A stretch of 37,289 bases of DNA from an uncultured virus (IMG/VR IMGVR_UViG_2831971958_000015) (Duplodnaviria; Heunggongvirae; Uroviricota; Caudoviricetes), in the IMG/VR virus record IMGVR_UViG_2831971958_000015; one strand, given 5' to 3'. Below the pieces are notes generated by a model. The model searched no databases. It was not told where the DNA came from and was given only the letters and a program-made list of their open reading frames with translations. The position numbers and the translations under genes were made by a program. Positions 1 through 9,257 of the stretch are shown piece after piece. The first letter of the stretch is position 1. Each line of letters starts with the position of its first letter.

Positions 1-33
1 TCCTTCCACTACTATCATTGATTCAATATCCAA
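1..33 (-). CDS. 5' fragment of next late gene (MDIESMIVVEG...), truncated by window edge
   Basis: GGAGGGAG RBS near 44-53, TTG start at 33, open to position 1. Confidence 0.35.
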   Translation of the reverse strand, partial: MDIESMIVVEG

Positions 34-67
34 AATTCCCGCGCTCCCTCCCTTCCTAAAAAATGCA

Positions 68-94
68 ACAAAAAAGACACCCTTTCGGATGTCT
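68..94 (-). terminator. Intrinsic terminator after toxin-immunity pair
   Basis: Minus strand AGACATCC-GAAA-GGGTGTCT followed by TTTTT. Confidence 0.8.
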
Positions 95-108
95 CCTTTC
101 AGAATCCC

Positions 109-366
109 TTATGCGATTTTATCTTCAAGCTCTCCGAGCGCATTATAAACATCATCCGTCATAAATTTTCGGTAAATGCTCTCAAAGCACCCTGAAACTA
201 CTTTAAGATCCCCGGGTTCCATTTTATCCAGATAGGACAGTATTGCGTCCGCATCTTCTCCAAACGCTTCCATAAGCGGATTGATAAGATGCTTCCCTAT
301 GTCCATGCCCTGGGTATCTGTTTCCTTCCACCACTTAACCAGGCTCTCTATTCTGTTTTCATCCAT
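109..366 (-). CDS. Putative immunity protein for the MuF-EndoU toxin (85 aa, acidic)
   Basis: ATG at 366, 1 nt after the MuF stop, with a GAGGTG RBS. Small acidic ORF directly downstream of a toxin domain. Confidence 0.7.
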   Translation of the reverse strand: MDENRIESLVKWWKETDTQGMDIGKHLINPLMEAFGEDADAILSYLDKMEPGDLKVVSGCFESIYRKFMTDDVYNALGELEDKIA

Positions 367-367
367 A

Positions 368-2023
368 TCAATCACCCACCTCTCTTTGCGCCGCATCCGG
401 AAAGACCGTATCTATATTGTGCCCCGCATCCTCGAATATACCTACCGTTACGCCGTCAAACTTTTGGAATTTGCGATATCCAATGATATCTCCAGCATCA
501 TTCCGAATTTCTTCCGTGATCGCCGGCCGATTTGCGGTGTACGTCCCTGCCACGGTAATCTTTTCCGTATCCCAGCTTTCTGGAAACCAGGATTGCCCTG
601 ACTGTCCCAGCCTTTTCTCCGGTGCCGTATGGTTTTCCACCCCGCCTATACGGACACCATTGTCATATGCCATTTCAATGTTGTATGCAATCCCTCGGTT
701 TGAAAGCTCGTTGAGATTTGCCTGCGAGTGCCCACCACCCGTCATGTTGCCGCCATTTCGCCCGCCGGCCGGTTTCTTCGGATTCGCAAGGTTGGAGAAA
801 TCTCCCACCGTTGAATGCCTTGCGGCTGAGCTTCCTACAGTTAATATACCATCTTCCCGCAATTCCTGCAATGTGGATTTTTTAATCTTTCTCAGCATTT
901 CATCACTGTCGATCAGCCCGGCGTCATAAAGGGCCATTTTTGCCTTTCCGAGATATTTGATCTGTTTTTCTCTCGGCTTTTCCTTAAAGCTTTCAAGCGC
1001 AGAATAGGGTGTTATCCCGGCCTTTGCCTTATTCTGTTCATCCAGTTCCTTTTTCCATGCGCCATCATCCTCCTCAATATATTTTTGCTGAAGCTGTCGC
1101 CGCTCCTCCAGGCTCATTCCGAGAGCATCATCTGCCGCAACTCCCCTATGGATACAATGGCAATTCACAGTTTCGCTGGCAGGGAGGATTGGATCTCTGG
1201 GATACATGGGATGATAGACAACACCATCTCTCCCCTGTAATTCAAACGGTTTATCCTTTGGAACAATCTGGCCGTCCATATCTACATGATTTGGGCGAGG
1301 CTTATTTTTATGTGCCCCGGTATGCCGCCATTCCTTCCGATCCGTAGATGGGCTTTGCTGAATCGCCTCTTCTCTGGCAACCGAATGTGCCCGCAGCACT
1401 TCGGTAACAGCTACCCGCCGTGCCTGGTAATGTTCATTCCGCCAGCCTCCATCCATTATTTTCCGCGTAAGTGTCTCAATGCTTTCTCCCTGATCTATAG
1501 TTCTCTGGATAATATCCGTTATCTGTTGATGGGTATTTATTTTCATCAGCTGTCCCAGCCGCTGGCTCCATGAGGCAATCCAGCTTTTTGTTCTCTGCCG
1601 GATGACATCAACAACCAGGTCTCCGTCTGTTTCCTGCATATAAACCGTTGCCAGCTTAGGAACCTCTGTTTGGAACATATCTGCAGCGGCTTCCTGAACC
1701 TGCTCCGCAATATCATCTCCGTCAAGCATTTCAGATACTTTTTTCTGCGCCGCAGCCCATCCGGAATCCTGTTCCGCCGCCAGTGCTTCCACAAGATCAT
1801 CTGTCTGGTTCTGAAGCGTTTCCGCTATCTCTTCCTGCATGGCATTGATTACCTCGACTGAATCTTCTGCATCAGCATACCCTTCATCAGCCAACACATC
1901 CGACAATTCATCATCAGCTTTTGCAAGATACTTGTCTATGGCCTCTATGATTCCATCGGCATTTGATATGAGAGCTTTTGCAATCGCCTGGTTATATTTT
2001 AACTGCCTCGGCATATCACTCAC
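368..2023 (-). CDS. MuF/SPP1 gp7-like minor head protein with C-terminal bacterial EndoU-type RNase toxin domain
   Basis: Follows portal. MuF motifs ARRVAVTE, KEW, RPNH, NCHC. C-terminal RHSTVG..GGGHSQ..SWFPESW..TVFP fits the EndoU_bacteria pattern. Confidence 0.85.
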   Translation of the reverse strand: MSDMPRQLKYNQAIAKALISNADGIIEAIDKYLAKADDELSDVLADEGYADAEDSVEVINAMQEEIAETLQNQTDDLVEALAAEQDSGWAAAQKKVSEMLDGDDIAEQVQEAAADMFQTEVPKLATVYMQETDGDLVVDVIRQRTKSWIASWSQRLGQLMKINTHQQITDIIQRTIDQGESIETLTRKIMDGGWRNEHYQARRVAVTEVLRAHSVAREEAIQQSPSTDRKEWRHTGAHKNKPRPNHVDMDGQIVPKDKPFELQGRDGVVYHPMYPRDPILPASETVNCHCIHRGVAADDALGMSLEERRQLQQKYIEEDDGAWKKELDEQNKAKAGITPYSALESFKEKPREKQIKYLGKAKMALYDAGLIDSDEMLRKIKKSTLQELREDGILTVGSSAARHSTVGDFSNLANPKKPAGGRNGGNMTGGGHSQANLNELSNRGIAYNIEMAYDNGVRIGGVENHTAPEKRLGQSGQSWFPESWDTEKITVAGTYTANRPAITEEIRNDAGDIIGYRKFQKFDGVTVGIFEDAGHNIDTVFPDAAQREVGD

Positions 2024-3713
2024 CCTCTTTCTCTCGATATCCTTTCAACGCCTTCCGGATTTCCAGCATAATAGGAATAATATCCGCATCAAAAACAGCT
2101 GCTTTCCGGATTTGCCCGTCAAGCTGCTCGATCTCTTCATCCGTAACCACTCTTTTTTGCCTCTGAGACTCTCTCTTTTGACCTGTAGGCTCGTTAGTCT
2201 GCGCCGACAGGCTTCCCAACGGTTCAGCCGCTAAACCCGCCTGTTGGCTTTGTGAGAGCGTTTTTGTATAAGCAAGCGGAATGTCTCCCCATTCCCCTTC
2301 GTAGTCCTCGCAGCCGTCTTTCCCCAGAACTTCATAAGTCAGAGCTTTGGCGGTATTGGGTGTCAGGCCGCCGGCCCGTTCCGTAATGTTCAGCATCTTC
2401 TGAATATCATCCGGATTGGTGATGTCTGGCTCATCGAATTGCGCCTCCACATGTTTGAAGCGATAACCATTCAGCAGTTTTTGATTGACTGCCCAGGCAA
2501 GGGACGTCCTTTCTGGCTGGAATACCTGTTTTTCAGTAACCTCCATTGCCGTCTGAGCCGTTGCCCTGTTAAAGTCTGTGGTATATCCCACATACAGATC
2601 CGGGAGTAGGAAAGCTGACTGCGTTTTCTTTCTTCCGTTCTCCTGGTACTCCTGAAACAGTTCATCTTTTTGTAGGATGGCAGCAAGATCCTTGATTTCT
2701 ACTTCCGGCTGTTTCTGATCCGTAAATGCGGCCGTGGTCTCCAAGGTGTCCGTCTCCAATACCAAAAAGGAGTGCTGTCCGCTTTCTCCTTCAATGCCGT
2801 CCATATACGCTTGCAGTTTGGTAAATGCCGAGTCTGTCAGCGTTCCACCCTTGACCAATATCATAAGCGGCGTATGCCTCCCATGCCGGAAATAATTATT
2901 ATTTAAAACCTCTGCCCTTCGGTTCCCGTCCACGGTAAGCACTTGCCCGATCCAGCGGACTTCTCCGTATGGCATACTTCCAATGCGGAATTCGATAATC
3001 TCATTGGCCTGGTCATCTATGTCGATAGGAGCATCAGCCTCTCCTATGTACTCACCATTTCTCTTATCCATGATACGGGGATCTCCAAACTCCTTGAAGT
3101 ACACCGTCTTACCGCCTACATTCTGCCGGAACTTGCGAAATTTCTTTTTTCTGTTGATTGCTTTCCCCTTGTAAAAATACTCGATATCCACATATGGCCG
3201 AAGCGGATATGTCATATCAACGGACGGCGTATCGATAATGAACTGCAGCTCCACGACCTCCTGTGCCTGATTCCTGATAACCTCGCAATAGGATATTCCA
3301 TACGTTTCCCGGTCACGGATAACATTTTCAAATACCTCTTTTGTCTGCATATCCATATTGAGAAGCGCTATGATCTGCTTCAGCGTATCCCATTCCGCTT
3401 TCATCTCCGGCGTTTCTGTATCATAATCTTCTGCGTATCTCACAGAAATACCAAAACCGGCAATATTGCTCTTATATGCTCTGATGCACTGCGGCAAAAT
3501 CGTGGAATTATCAACCAGAATTTTCAGGCCGCGCATATCAATGGCATGTGGTATCCAGTCAGAAGCAGATATCTGTATGGACGGATCCAGCTGTTCGCCC
3601 TTATCCGACTTCTCCACCTTCTGCTGCTCATAAAATACTGTCGGTGTATCCATGCTGGAGGATTTTATTATTTTCACATCCACTCTTGGCGTAGGAGCTT
3701 TCTTTTCATCCAT
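2016..3713 (-). CDS. Phage portal protein (PBSX XkdE-like)
   Basis: Between terL and MuF. Motifs YGEVRW, NNNYFRHGRHTP, DFNRATAQTA. Confidence 0.88.
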   Translation of the reverse strand: MDEKKAPTPRVDVKIIKSSSMDTPTVFYEQQKVEKSDKGEQLDPSIQISASDWIPHAIDMRGLKILVDNSTILPQCIRAYKSNIAGFGISVRYAEDYDTETPEMKAEWDTLKQIIALLNMDMQTKEVFENVIRDRETYGISYCEVIRNQAQEVVELQFIIDTPSVDMTYPLRPYVDIEYFYKGKAINRKKKFRKFRQNVGGKTVYFKEFGDPRIMDKRNGEYIGEADAPIDIDDQANEIIEFRIGSMPYGEVRWIGQVLTVDGNRRAEVLNNNYFRHGRHTPLMILVKGGTLTDSAFTKLQAYMDGIEGESGQHSFLVLETDTLETTAAFTDQKQPEVEIKDLAAILQKDELFQEYQENGRKKTQSAFLLPDLYVGYTTDFNRATAQTAMEVTEKQVFQPERTSLAWAVNQKLLNGYRFKHVEAQFDEPDITNPDDIQKMLNITERAGGLTPNTAKALTYEVLGKDGCEDYEGEWGDIPLAYTKTLSQSQQAGLAAEPLGSLSAQTNEPTGQKRESQRQKRVVTDEEIEQLDGQIRKAAVFDADIIPIMLEIRKALKGYREKEGE

Positions 3714-5191
3714 CAGCTCTTGCCTCCCTTCTTCTTATAATTCATTGGCAAACACACAAGCAGAATACAGTCCCCTTCATCCGGAGAGGAAAGCCCCCTG
3801 TCTTTCATATCCTGTTTGCTCTCTACTTTCTGTTTGGCATTACTCCCAAACTCAAATTTCCGGCAAGACAGCTGGCCGATAAGGTCACTGTCATCCGGCA
3901 AGATCACTTCTGGCACATGGGGACGCCCGAAATCATCATATGGCGCAATCAGATCCCTTACTACCCCCATCATATAGGTTGTCGAATCCGCATAATGCCG
4001 GTGCTTTATTGGCACTCCGAAATTCACTGCCAGAATAGCCATATCCCCAAACACTTCCGGGTCAGAACGTTTCCAGTTTCTCAGCTGATCAACAACACCG
4101 CCTCCGACACCGCCATCATCGACTTTCACGCCAATCTGTCCCTGGAATCTAAACCGCTGCTTCAATTCCTTATAGAGCCGCGCTATCATGCTGGCCGTCC
4201 AGGTGGTATCCTTCCCGTTGTACTTTTTATAGATTTGGACTACTTCATTTACCCGATACCCTATGCAGGTTTTATCATCGCCAAACCGGGCCACGTCACA
4301 GCCTATCTCAATCAGCTCCACTCCGCTCACATCTACCGGCTGGAGATTCCCGGCGCCGTCCCGGTATTTTCCGAATGCTCTGGCTGTAGGCTCTGACATT
4401 TCGGTTTTGATACTCTGCTCCAGAAACGAGATAGGGATAAACACATCATCTTCCTGCTCTGGGAACTCCCCATATACACGGACACGGACCACATTGCTGC
4501 GCTCCCCATACTTTCGCTTCATGGCATCGATATTCTCTTTATTGGTACGCTTGCTATGCTCCGCATTTACCGTATGACAGCGATACAAGGCCCTGTCTGC
4601 AGTATGGCTTTCATAAAACGTGCCGCTGGTCTTTGTCGGATTGCCCATCAGCAGAAGTTTGTTATTGGCTCCAGCCAGAGTACCGGTAATTGCCTCCATA
4701 ATCGGATCTGCTACGCCCGATGCCTCATCCACAATGAAGAGCATATTGTCCTCATGGAATCCCTGCATATTCTCCGGCTTGGTCGCTGTCCTTGCCACCG
4801 CAAACCAGCGTTTTTCATATCCAATCATGTAAACGTATGTTTTGGTCCATTTAAGGAGCATTGGGAGTAGCGGAGAATTATTCATCCACTTATCAACCTC
4901 AGACCACAATACATCGTGAAGCTGCTGCTTTGTAGGGGCCGTGGCCACAATGCGCGGATACGGAAAGCAAACCAGGAACCAAAGAAGCAGTGCCGCTTCC
5001 TCACCGGTTTTCCCGACACCTTGCCCTGATTTGACTGACACTCTCGGATAATCCCTCAAATCATAGGCCACCTCGATCTGCCAATCATCCGGTTCAAACA
5101 GCAATACCTCGCGCATAAATAAAACCGGATCGCCTCGCCACAGCGGGATGCTTTCATCAAGGAATTCTTCAAGCCATTTTTCATTTTTCAT
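3713..5191 (-). CDS. terL: Terminase large subunit
   Basis: Walker A SGQGVGKT, APTKQQ, Walker B FIVDEASG, GNP coupling motif, nuclease GCDVARFGDD and SPDEGD. Confidence 0.95.
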   Translation of the reverse strand: MKNEKWLEEFLDESIPLWRGDPVLFMREVLLFEPDDWQIEVAYDLRDYPRVSVKSGQGVGKTGEEAALLLWFLVCFPYPRIVATAPTKQQLHDVLWSEVDKWMNNSPLLPMLLKWTKTYVYMIGYEKRWFAVARTATKPENMQGFHEDNMLFIVDEASGVADPIMEAITGTLAGANNKLLLMGNPTKTSGTFYESHTADRALYRCHTVNAEHSKRTNKENIDAMKRKYGERSNVVRVRVYGEFPEQEDDVFIPISFLEQSIKTEMSEPTARAFGKYRDGAGNLQPVDVSGVELIEIGCDVARFGDDKTCIGYRVNEVVQIYKKYNGKDTTWTASMIARLYKELKQRFRFQGQIGVKVDDGGVGGGVVDQLRNWKRSDPEVFGDMAILAVNFGVPIKHRHYADSTTYMMGVVRDLIAPYDDFGRPHVPEVILPDDSDLIGQLSCRKFEFGSNAKQKVESKQDMKDRGLSSPDEGDCILLVCLPMNYKKKGGKS

Positions 5192-5969
5192 CCCGCTGCC
5201 TCCTTGCCTCTAAAACTTTTTGGGCCCAGGTCTTCACAATATCATTGCCAGCCTCTTCATTCTCCAGCTTTTGGCTCTCCGTCCTGAGTCTTGACAGTGC
5301 CTCTATAGCCTTTGTCTTTGCCCTCTGCACTTTGGTTAATTCAGCCTCCAGGGCCATTATGCTGCTCATGACAGCTTCCGTGTGCGTGACGCTGGTTTCT
5401 GTCACCTTCTTATATTTTCCAGCACCGGCACTCTCTCCATCAAAATCTGTCACATCCTCCACCTTTTTGGTCTTGGATGCCGCTTTTACGGAAAGCCCAT
5501 GGTTCTCCGCTTCCAGCTCCCGATAGTGCTTGATCCTCTGCATCAGGCGGCGCTCCCGTATGGAGAACATTTGCAGCTGCATAAGCAGGTGTTCTTCCTC
5601 GGAATCCCCCATACTTTCAATCATGCCCAGTTCTTCATCGTCCAGGGTATCCCAGTATACCTTGGAATAGGCTCCATGTGTTTCTGCGTTTTTATTTCTT
5701 TTAGGGGTAGATGGGGCATGGCCAGCAGCATTCTTATTCCCTCTCGGCGCTCCTTTTGGTTTCCGAGCGTTCGGTTTCTTTTTATCCGAGCGTTCGGTTT
5801 CTTTTTTTTTACTCTGTTCGCTTTTATTTCCATCCCATTTTTGGGTAGATTTCCATCTGCGGACAGTGCTGTCCGGTACGCCGATTTTCTTCGCAATATC
5901 AACCAGTTTCATCCCATCCTGGTATAGCTTTTCTGCTTCAATACTGCTTGGGCTTCTTGCTCTTGCCAT
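5181..5969 (-). CDS. terS: Terminase small subunit
   Basis: N-terminal HTH (LVDIAKKIGVPDSTVRRWKS), GAPRGNKNA and NKNAETHGAYS motifs, directly upstream of terL. Confidence 0.9.
   Translation of the reverse strand: MARARSPSSIEAEKLYQDGMKLVDIAKKIGVPDSTVRRWKSTQKWDGNKSEQSKKKETERSDKKKPNARKPKGAPRGNKNAAGHAPSTPKRNKNAETHGAYSKVYWDTLDDEELGMIESMGDSEEEHLLMQLQMFSIRERRLMQRIKHYRELEAENHGLSVKAASKTKKVEDVTDFDGESAGAGKYKKVTETSVTHTEAVMSSIMALEAELTKVQRAKTKAIEALSRLRTESQKLENEEAGNDIVKTWAQKVLEARRQRDEK
5762..5806. repeat. Two 22-bp direct repeats (TCCGAGCGTTCGGTTTCTTTTT, 23-bp period) inside terS; candidate pac site
   Basis: Exact copies at 5762-5783 and 5785-5806, each with near-palindrome CCGAGCGTTCGG. Confidence 0.6.
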
Positions 5970-6002
5970 TCATCACCACCTCGCTATTTGTTTTGTTTTC
6001 AT

Positions 6003-6031
6003 AAAAACAGAGGGAGGCAATGCACTCCCTC
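6003..6031 (-). terminator. Intrinsic terminator between ibrB-like gene and terS
   Basis: Minus strand GAGGGAG-TGCATTGC-CTCCCTC-TGTTTTT. Confidence 0.7.
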
Positions 6032-6066
6032 GTTGTTGTGTCATACGGATACCGATTGATTTAACA

Positions 6067-6588
6067 TTAAATCTTCGTTATAAACTCCGCTTTCGAGAAC
6101 CCCTGATCCGGCTTGATCATCATTTTCAGAAAGTCTTCTTTGGAAAACTCTGAAAGCCGGAAGATTTCCTCCGGCCTCATTCCCAGCTGCTTCCCAATTT
6201 CTTCCACGGATTTCCCCTCTGCCATCAGCTCCTTTACGATTGCTTTCATGGGTCCCAGCAGATGCGTACCTCTCGCCCTGTTATGGGTAACAGTTCCATA
6301 GATATTCCCGGCCTTATCCTTATGCTCCACAATTACCACCGGCACCTTCCCGTCCAGCATGGAAACCAGAGGCTCTTCTCCGGCAACCGTCCATCTGTGG
6401 AATCCGTCAATAATCGTGAAATCCGGCCTTACCACAATCGGCAGGGTCCAGCCATTGGCAAGTATGGATTGCTTCAGCAATTCCAGGTTCTGTTTTGATA
6501 CTTTGTTTGGGTTGTAGTCGTTCGGTTTCACACTCCCCCTGTCTACCCATCGGAGCGTTGACAGCGGGCCAGAAATCTTATTGTCCAT
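6067..6588 (-). CDS. ibrB: ParB/Srx-fold protein, IbrB/YbdM-like
   Basis: PNDYNPNKV, GWTLPIVV, IIDGFHRW, HNRARGTH motifs. AAGGAGG RBS before ATG 6588. Overlaps the ibrA-like stop. Confidence 0.82.
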   Translation of the reverse strand: MDNKISGPLSTLRWVDRGSVKPNDYNPNKVSKQNLELLKQSILANGWTLPIVVRPDFTIIDGFHRWTVAGEEPLVSMLDGKVPVVIVEHKDKAGNIYGTVTHNRARGTHLLGPMKAIVKELMAEGKSVEEIGKQLGMRPEEIFRLSEFSKEDFLKMMIKPDQGFSKAEFITKI

Positions 6589-7729
6589 TCGGCAGCCCCT
6601 CCTTTTTCTTGGCTTCTGTGATATATTTTCCATAGATCCTCTGGTATAGCGCCCGGAACGAACGCAGCTTCGGATCGCCCGATATAAGCCCTTCATAAAT
6701 CGCCTTGCAGTCCTTATTGTCCGCAATAGCAGAAACACTCATAAAAAAGTTTCGGTATCGGTTGGCCACATATCGCTTATGCTCCGTCCGAAAATTCCCA
6801 TCCATGTCAGAGAACAGCTCCAGAAGCGCCGCCTTGTAATCCTTTTCAGCGCTCCCCTTTTCATTCTGCTTTCTGGCTGTGGTATTTCTCCCGAACATCT
6901 CACTGTCCCAATAGAGGGCAGCGAGATAAGCGTTTGGTTCCCTACGAATGATCCGCTCCATCAGATCCGGATAATACTCATTCATTTTCACAAGGCTCTT
7001 GGCCGTGTCAATGGAGAAAAACTGCGATACCCTCAGCTGGCCCTTCTTTGTCCCGGACTGCCATAAAAACAGGTATATCTCCGGAATATCCACTTTTTCC
7101 CGCAGTAGATAGAGCCATACATCATTGTTGGTCCAATCATAGATCGGGAATACCTGGTGCTTATTCGTCATGGACTTTCCGGCTCTCAACATTACTGCGA
7201 TATTTTGCAGGCGCTGTACGGATTCTGCTGTCCGGATTCCGGTTATGGTAATCCCCGCTGTGCATAGCCTCGGCAGGAAATCCTGATACGCATCTATGCG
7301 GGGCCGCAAGAGCGGATGGTCCCGGATTGCGAATGATGGGGGCTGCCTTACCCATACATCCTTTTTATATCTGTCCCAGCAGATGAAAGTTTCATCGTTG
7401 GACAGTTCGTTAAAGCAGTTGTAGTGTTTCACCTCAAGGCAGAACCACTCAAACTTTGCCCCAACTAACATGAATTTTTTGCGCCATTCCCGCACCTTTT
7501 CCTCCATGCATGGGAAAATGGCTTCTTCATCAATGAATTGCACAATGAGCTGCGCCGGATCGATCTCGCCAGTCTGGATCAGATTCATTACCAGCTGCGA
7601 CATGCAAAGGCTGTCTTTCCCACCGCTGAAAGACATATAAACCGGGAGACCATTTCGGAAAACATTCCGGATTCTGATCTTTGCAGCTTCCACCACATCG
7701 ATGCTGGCCGGGCATCTTTTTATAGCCAT
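6578..7729 (-). CDS. ibrA: PAPS-reductase-fold PP-loop protein, IbrA/YbdN-like
   Basis: SFSGGKDS PP-loop, FIDEEA, GIRTAESVQR, PIYDWTNNDVW. Paired with an IbrB-like gene. Confidence 0.82.
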   Translation of the reverse strand: MAIKRCPASIDVVEAAKIRIRNVFRNGLPVYMSFSGGKDSLCMSQLVMNLIQTGEIDPAQLIVQFIDEEAIFPCMEEKVREWRKKFMLVGAKFEWFCLEVKHYNCFNELSNDETFICWDRYKKDVWVRQPPSFAIRDHPLLRPRIDAYQDFLPRLCTAGITITGIRTAESVQRLQNIAVMLRAGKSMTNKHQVFPIYDWTNNDVWLYLLREKVDIPEIYLFLWQSGTKKGQLRVSQFFSIDTAKSLVKMNEYYPDLMERIIRREPNAYLAALYWDSEMFGRNTTARKQNEKGSAEKDYKAALLELFSDMDGNFRTEHKRYVANRYRNFFMSVSAIADNKDCKAIYEGLISGDPKLRSFRALYQRIYGKYITEAKKKEGLPNGQ

Positions 7730-8346
7730 ATCTTTTCTCCACATTTCGGGCAGACAACAAATTTTCTTATCTCGGTGGGATCTTCATTGTCTGCCGCCGG
7801 CTCCTGCTGCACTACTGCGGCCGGGGCCTGTTCTGACTGCTGTTCTCCCTGGCTGGCCTGCATCTGCTGATCCCTTTTCTCCGCCGCCTCCTTAATGCTC
7901 CGGATCTCATCTTCATCAAGGGTTCCATATTCAGAAAGCTTGCTTGTGATATCCTCGGCCTCCGACACCATCTGTTTCAGTATTTCTTCATCAAATCCGG
8001 GAATATCCAGATCGCCCTGCAGGTCCTCCAAAAAGCTGTTCAACGTCTCCAGGTTCTCAATCCCCAGGCTGAAAATCTTATTGTCAGCGATCATCAGCTT
8101 CTTTTTCTGATTTTCAGTGAGATTGTCATACCGGTACACGTCTGCCGTGTCCATCCCCATCGCAACGAGGGTATCATACAGGCCGTTCCCTGCCAGAATG
8201 ATATTCTTTTCATCCACGACAATCGGCCTGATCTGCCCGAACATTTCCACGCTCCGGCGAAATTCTTTGATCTGCTGCTCTGTATGGATCCTGACATTCT
8301 TCTCAGGCTTTACCAGATCAGCCAATTTCATTTTTACCACTTTCAT
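7720..8346 (-). CDS. ParB-like N-terminal domain protein with C-terminal CPKCG zinc-ribbon half site
   Basis: NVRIH..FGQIRPIVVDEKNIILAGNG..IADNK. GGAGGA RBS before ATG 8346. Confidence 0.8.
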   Translation of the reverse strand: MKVVKMKLADLVKPEKNVRIHTEQQIKEFRRSVEMFGQIRPIVVDEKNIILAGNGLYDTLVAMGMDTADVYRYDNLTENQKKKLMIADNKIFSLGIENLETLNSFLEDLQGDLDIPGFDEEILKQMVSEAEDITSKLSEYGTLDEDEIRSIKEAAEKRDQQMQASQGEQQSEQAPAAVVQQEPAADNEDPTEIRKFVVCPKCGEKIWL

Positions 8347-8420
8347 GTCCGCATCCTCCAAACTGATTTGGTAGGAGCGTCTGCAACGTATGATCTATAT
8401 GCCATCTGCAAATAGCAAAA

Positions 8421-8460
8421 TTGACAGCCATTGCGGACATTTGCCTGCAAGTGCTGTCAA
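8421..8460. repeat. Four tandem 10-bp units (TTGACAGCCA/TTGCGGACAT/TTGCCTGCAA/GTGCTGTCAA) bounded by the inverted repeat TTGACAGC...GCTGTCAA; iteron-like
   Basis: Read directly; same unit family as 25637-25686 and 34127-34167. Confidence 0.65.
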
Positions 8461-8471
8461 GTGAAAACATT

Positions 8472-9257
8472 TTATTTCAGACTATCCAAAAAGTCTTTTG
8501 CGCTCTGGATATGTTCTGCCGCCTCCGTTACGATAGAGCCGTCTATCTCATAGATCTCTGCCCAGGCATTTTCCACGCTTCCGGTCCACTGCCTTGCCGG
8601 CCATGGATGCGTGCCGCAGAGATACCCGTTTTTCCAATCATAGATTGGCGGCATCTCCAGATTGTGATAATGGATATATGCCAGCATCTGTTCATGTGTC
8701 CAGTCGGAGAGCGGGCTGTATCTCGTCACGCCCTGATTGTTGGTATAGATATTGTCTCCCCTTCCCACATAGTTCCCATCTGCCCGCCGGCGTCCCAAAA
8801 GCATCATATCCAGCTGGTTCTCTTTGTAATATTTCGCCTGCCCTCTATGCTGAACGATCTGGAACCACATAGACGCATATTTGCTGTCCTGTGGGAAAAG
8901 CATCTGCGGATGGGCGGCCAGCCATTTCATGTCCTGTCCTGTGTTGATTATGGACAATTCCGGAGGCTTATGAGCATCCACCCATTCTATAAACGCTTTG
9001 TACTCCAAATTGCAGATAACGAGCACACAGGAGGCTATCCCCGCCATACGGCAGATTTCCCCCAGAACCAGGGAATCCTTTCCGCCGCTCCATGCATATG
9101 CGGCTTTCTTGCCCCTGGTTTTCTTTTTAATCTCCTTCACGGTTTTATCCACCAGCTGATCCAGCTCTTTCCGGCTCACGGCCTGCTCGATCTTTGCAAG
9201 CGCCTCGATCCATTCAGAATTTTTGATCCGCTGCTTTCTTCCAAGTATTTCACCCAT
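8472..9257 (-). CDS. Second PAPS-reductase-fold/PP-loop adenine-nucleotide alpha hydrolase
   Basis: AYAWSGGKDS, LLGRRRADGN, SPLSDWTHEQML. Start overlaps the symporter stop (ATGGGTGA). Confidence 0.8.
   Translation of the reverse strand: MGEILGRKQRIKNSEWIEALAKIEQAVSRKELDQLVDKTVKEIKKKTRGKKAAYAWSGGKDSLVLGEICRMAGIASCVLVICNLEYKAFIEWVDAHKPPELSIINTGQDMKWLAAHPQMLFPQDSKYASMWFQIVQHRGQAKYYKENQLDMMLLGRRRADGNYVGRGDNIYTNNQGVTRYSPLSDWTHEQMLAYIHYHNLEMPPIYDWKNGYLCGTHPWPARQWTGSVENAWAEIYEIDGSIVTEAAEHIQSAKDFLDSLK

Noticed and set aside
6067..9257. Canonical Dnd/Ssp phosphorothioation system or sulfate-assimilation CysH
   Set aside because: No cysteine desulfurase, DndD/E or SspB/C partners in the cassette, and reductase Cys motifs are absent; only the folds are shared
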